A DNA stretch of 38,638 nucleotides from Circinaria calcarea (Eukaryota): contig JAVECS010000029.1 in the NCBI GenBank assembly GCA_051942165.1, positions 1 through 38,638 of the forward strand, in the 5' to 3' direction. Every line of letters starts with the position of its first letter. Position 1 is the first letter of the stretch. Shown in pieces: positions 35,760-38,638 of this stretch. Made by a program: the position numbers and the translations under genes. Below the pieces are notes generated by a model. The model was not told the DNA's origin. It ran no database searches and was given only the letters and a program-made list of their open reading frames with translations.

Positions 35760-36776
35760 TTATATACTGTCAAGCAGCCTCTCCTCCACCCCACCCAGGA
35801 TATACCAATGTTCTAATACTTCCAAGTTCTCTGCCTCGCCCTGAAACACCTTGTCAGGGTCCTGCCCTGGCTGAAACATTCCCGCGCCTGCTGCACCAGG
35901 GTTTATTTGGGACATTTGTTGCGCCATTTGGTTAGCAGCTATGGATAACGCACTTCAATACCATCACTTATCACATTGGAGTACCGACAGGAAGGACATA
36001 CCGTTTTCATTGCCCAGAATGAATATAAACACTGACTGCAGCCCAAACAGATTAAGGAAGTACCACGATAGAGAGGATACCCACCGAACATCAAGATCAC
36101 GCGTTGCGACACCAGATTGAAGCATGGATTTGAATCGGATCGTCAGAGGAAAAGGTAACTTCACTGACAAGACATAAACTTTAGCATACGTGTCGTACAA
36201 GTTCGAGATGACCTGCATCGACATACTGATAACAAATCCTGCGAAAAATGCATTGATCCAGCCCATGATGACGGTCTGAGGTACCATCATCATCATATTC
36301 CCTTTCATCATGCCCATCATCCCTTCCATCGCCGCGGGATCCGTCATCGGATTGGCAGCCGGCTTGCCTTTGCTCTCCGGATCTTTAAGGAAAAGACCAT
36401 CTTTATAGGCGGACACCAAGTAGTTCCGTCGGGACGCAAACGACGACGGCGATATCTGAGGTGCATTATTGCGGAGGTTAATGCCACGAAGGAGGGAGCG
36501 TTGTTCGCGGAGGGCCGGGAGTGTCTGTTTCTTCGGGGTAGTGGCGAGAAGGATGGTGGCGTAATGGCGGAGAATTCCAGTCAGGACCTTTGGTTCGTTA
36601 ATCATCAGTAAGGGCATACGGGGAGAAAGGCCCACCATGACTATGGTTATAGGGAACAGGATCCAGTAGCTATAGTGATACTTAGGTTAGGCCATGATCT
36701 TTGAGTCTGCAGTTGCATTGCAAGCTTACAATAGCGCTGGGTCCCTATGTATGGTCTGATCCATGGTATCTGTCAT
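35760..36776 (-). CDS. EMC3: ER membrane protein complex subunit 3 (Emc3); exons 36776-36730, 36669-36636, 36587-36227, 36163-36002, 35938-35760
   Basis: DPALFYWILFPITIVM|VLTGILRHY, NPMTDPAAMEGMMGMMKGN, MGWINAFFAGFVI|MKLPFPLTIRFKSMLQSGV, WVSSLSWYFL, FQGEAENLEV. Confidence 0.94.
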
Positions 36777-36989
36777 GACGCTGTAGGAAGAGAAAACAAG
36801 TGTAGATGGTGCTCTCCGGACAAGTGAATTACGCCCACCTGTACCCTGAATGTTGCCGCCGTTGGTTTTTTGAATTTATACTATTACTATTTGAGAATAG
36901 TTTGGACATAAGAATTGATTATTCTTAAAAGAGATTAAATCTCTTTCCTCCATCCTACTATTCCAAAAAATAATAAATATAAGAATCAC

Positions 36990-37006
36990 TCACGTGATAT
37001 GACGTG
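36990..37006. promoter_or_regulatory. E-box TCACGTGA plus adjacent TGACGTG (bZIP/UPRE-like) upstream of EMC3
   Basis: TCACGTGA at 36990-36997 and TGACGTG at 37000-37006, about 215 bp upstream of the EMC3 ATG; function is inferred only. Confidence 0.3.
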
Positions 37007-37139
37007 CTTCGGATACTACTCTATCCGTGTTCCGGTTATATATACGGATACCGGATATTCACACATCCGGTGATTCATACGCTAAAACCTTTCGACGTAT
37101 ATATTAACACGCTCTCGCCCACTGCCTGACGAGTCCTCT

Positions 37140-37473
37140 AAAACAAAATTTATATTTATCCGAATAAATTATTTTATCTAGAGATATTATATATAATTAA
37201 TTTTCATTTTATTATTTTTATAATTATTAATTATGCTTTCTACCTCCATTTTTTATATATCAGAACTCTACGAGGAATCTCTTATCGCTGCCGCAGACTT
37301 TATCTCGAATATTTTAGAATCTATTAACGTTCTATTTCGTGCCACGATAAAGTCTCGCCTTGAATTTTTAAGAGATATAATTATTAAATTATTATATACG
37401 CAGCATATTTTAATATTTTTTAAAATTTATAAAATAATTAATATATTCCCTTTAAGCATATCTTCTCGTTCCG
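37140..37473. repeat. AT-rich, RIP-mutated repeat relic
   Basis: Abrupt AT enrichment with many TpA and few CpA/TpG; surviving C/G mostly in CG/CC contexts. Confidence 0.7.
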
Positions 37474-37931
37474 TGTTATGGCGCTACGCCATACTAGGCA
37501 CCTAATAGCGCTAGGGCGCATTAGGGTGCGGGGGAGCACTGGGAGCATTGGGAGCACGGGCATGCTCATCATGCTCAGTACGCTCCGGGGGTGAGCAGTG
37601 GGAGCACTGGGAGCACGGGAGTGCTCGGGGTGCTCATAATGCTCAACCAATATATATAGCAGGCTATTCCCGCTCTTTAGAATAGCATGCTTATAGACCG
37701 TGTTCAATAGACACCATACTATTGAGCCTAGGGCAACAGTTCAACTACACCCTATGTAACCGTGCTATCACCAATCGAGACTTAACATATTCCTCATTAG
37801 GCCTCAAGGATTGCAGCGCCCTTACACAGTGCTCCCATTGATCCCATACGTTACACAAGGGATCACTCGGATCATCCTCCTGAATACCCTTGGTATGTGT
37901 ATTACTGGTCATGGCTGGTGGCGCCATTACA
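37474..37931 (+). mobile_element. LTR-like element (probable solo or truncated LTR, ~458 bp)
   Basis: Termini TGTTATGGCGC ... GCGCCATTACA (11-bp inverted repeat, 1 mismatch), internal repeat arrays, TATATATAG near 37651. No matching TSD (TTCCG vs AGTAG), so boundaries are less certain. Confidence 0.6.
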
Positions 37932-37949
37932 AGTAGGGAAGGAGTATAA

Positions 37950-38319
37950 TGTAATGGCGCACCCCGCAGGGCTGTGCCAAGAGGTCTGAGCAGTACGCAG
38001 GCTAGGCGTATTGTTGGTACTGGACGTACTGGACGTACTGGACGTGCTGGACGTCAGGTTACGTCCACGACGTCCACGACGTCCACGACGTCCACCCCTT
38101 TTGGGAAGGTTCGTGTAACCTCAGATGATCTATATAGTCTCAGTCCTTTCCGTAGTATTTGACCTGTGTGGTCAAGACCTTACAAGTGTAACAATATACT
38201 TCTATTGTCACTACTTACTTGCCAAGTGATTGGTATAGAACCCGTGCGCATATCACAGAGCCCCTGCCCTATACCAGTGACTAGCATTGCCTTTGCCTAA
38301 GAAGCTTAGGGACGTAACA
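37950..38319 (+). mobile_element. Solo LTR of an LTR retrotransposon (370 bp) with 5-bp target-site duplication
   Basis: Starts TGTAATG, ends CGTAACA (TG..CA). Flanked by identical TATAA at 37945-37949 and 38320-38324, with purine-rich sequence on both sides. Internal CTATATAG near 38130. Confidence 0.8.
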
Positions 38320-38375
38320 TATAAAGGAGTAGAGGGAATAAAAACAGCTGAATACAATTTAATAAAAAAATAGCC

Positions 38376-38638
38376 TGTTACGGCTCTTTAATTCGGCCCT
38401 TCAGCTCGGTTATAATTATTTAATAATTTTTTAAAAATATTATTTAATAATTATTATTTAAACTCAGCTATTTCCTTTAAAGTTAATTAATATAATTAAT
38501 AAAGAAAGAATCAGCGATTTATTATTACCGTAAGAATTTATTTTTATAGAAATTATTATCGTAGAGGTTATTATTATAAAAGTTATTACTATTAATTAAT
38601 ATAATAATAAATAATAATACGGCGATACGGTGATATTA
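38376..38638 (+). mobile_element. Start of a third, heavily RIP-mutated LTR-like repeat running off the right edge
   Basis: TGTTACGGC at 38376 (typical fungal LTR 5' end), followed by extremely TpA-rich sequence with CG dinucleotides retained. Confidence 0.5.

Noticed and set aside
37233..37505. 90-aa ORF in AT-rich DNA
   Set aside because: I/F/Y/K-biased product of RIP-mutated sequence that crosses an LTR boundary; no recognisable domain.
37534..38094. CRISPR-like array
   Set aside because: Units are 9 nt with no unique spacers, lie within LTRs in a eukaryotic genome, and no cas genes are present.

Overview
Eukaryotic DNA from a filamentous ascomycete (Pezizomycotina, inferred from short GT-AG introns with CTRAY branch points, the protein sequences and RIP-like repeats). 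Positions 1-36.8 kb are gene-dense and mostly housekeeping. In order: a large F-box/zinc-finger protein running off the left edge, ABP1, DNM1, a signal-peptide-bearing PEBP, a YEA4-type UDP-GlcNAc transporter, PP2A-B55 (CDC55), a fungal hypothetical protein, TPC1 head-to-head with a gamma-butyrobetaine-dioxygenase-like enzyme, GRX3/4, MMS19, MTD1, RPF2, a divergent (MRGE-type) alpha-tubulin and EMC3. The last ~1.8 kb is a RIP-affected repeat nest: a 370-bp solo LTR with a perfect 5-bp TSD, a second LTR-like element and the start of a third. I see no convincing novel multi-gene system. The most unusual signals are 9-nt-period palindromic arrays shared by two dissimilar LTRs, a TACGGAGTA 9-mer recurring in the divergent promoters, a CGYS (not CGFS) Grx3/4 next to MMS19, and the divergent alpha-tubulin. 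Exon boundaries were called by eye from splice signals plus protein-family continuity; no database searches were run.
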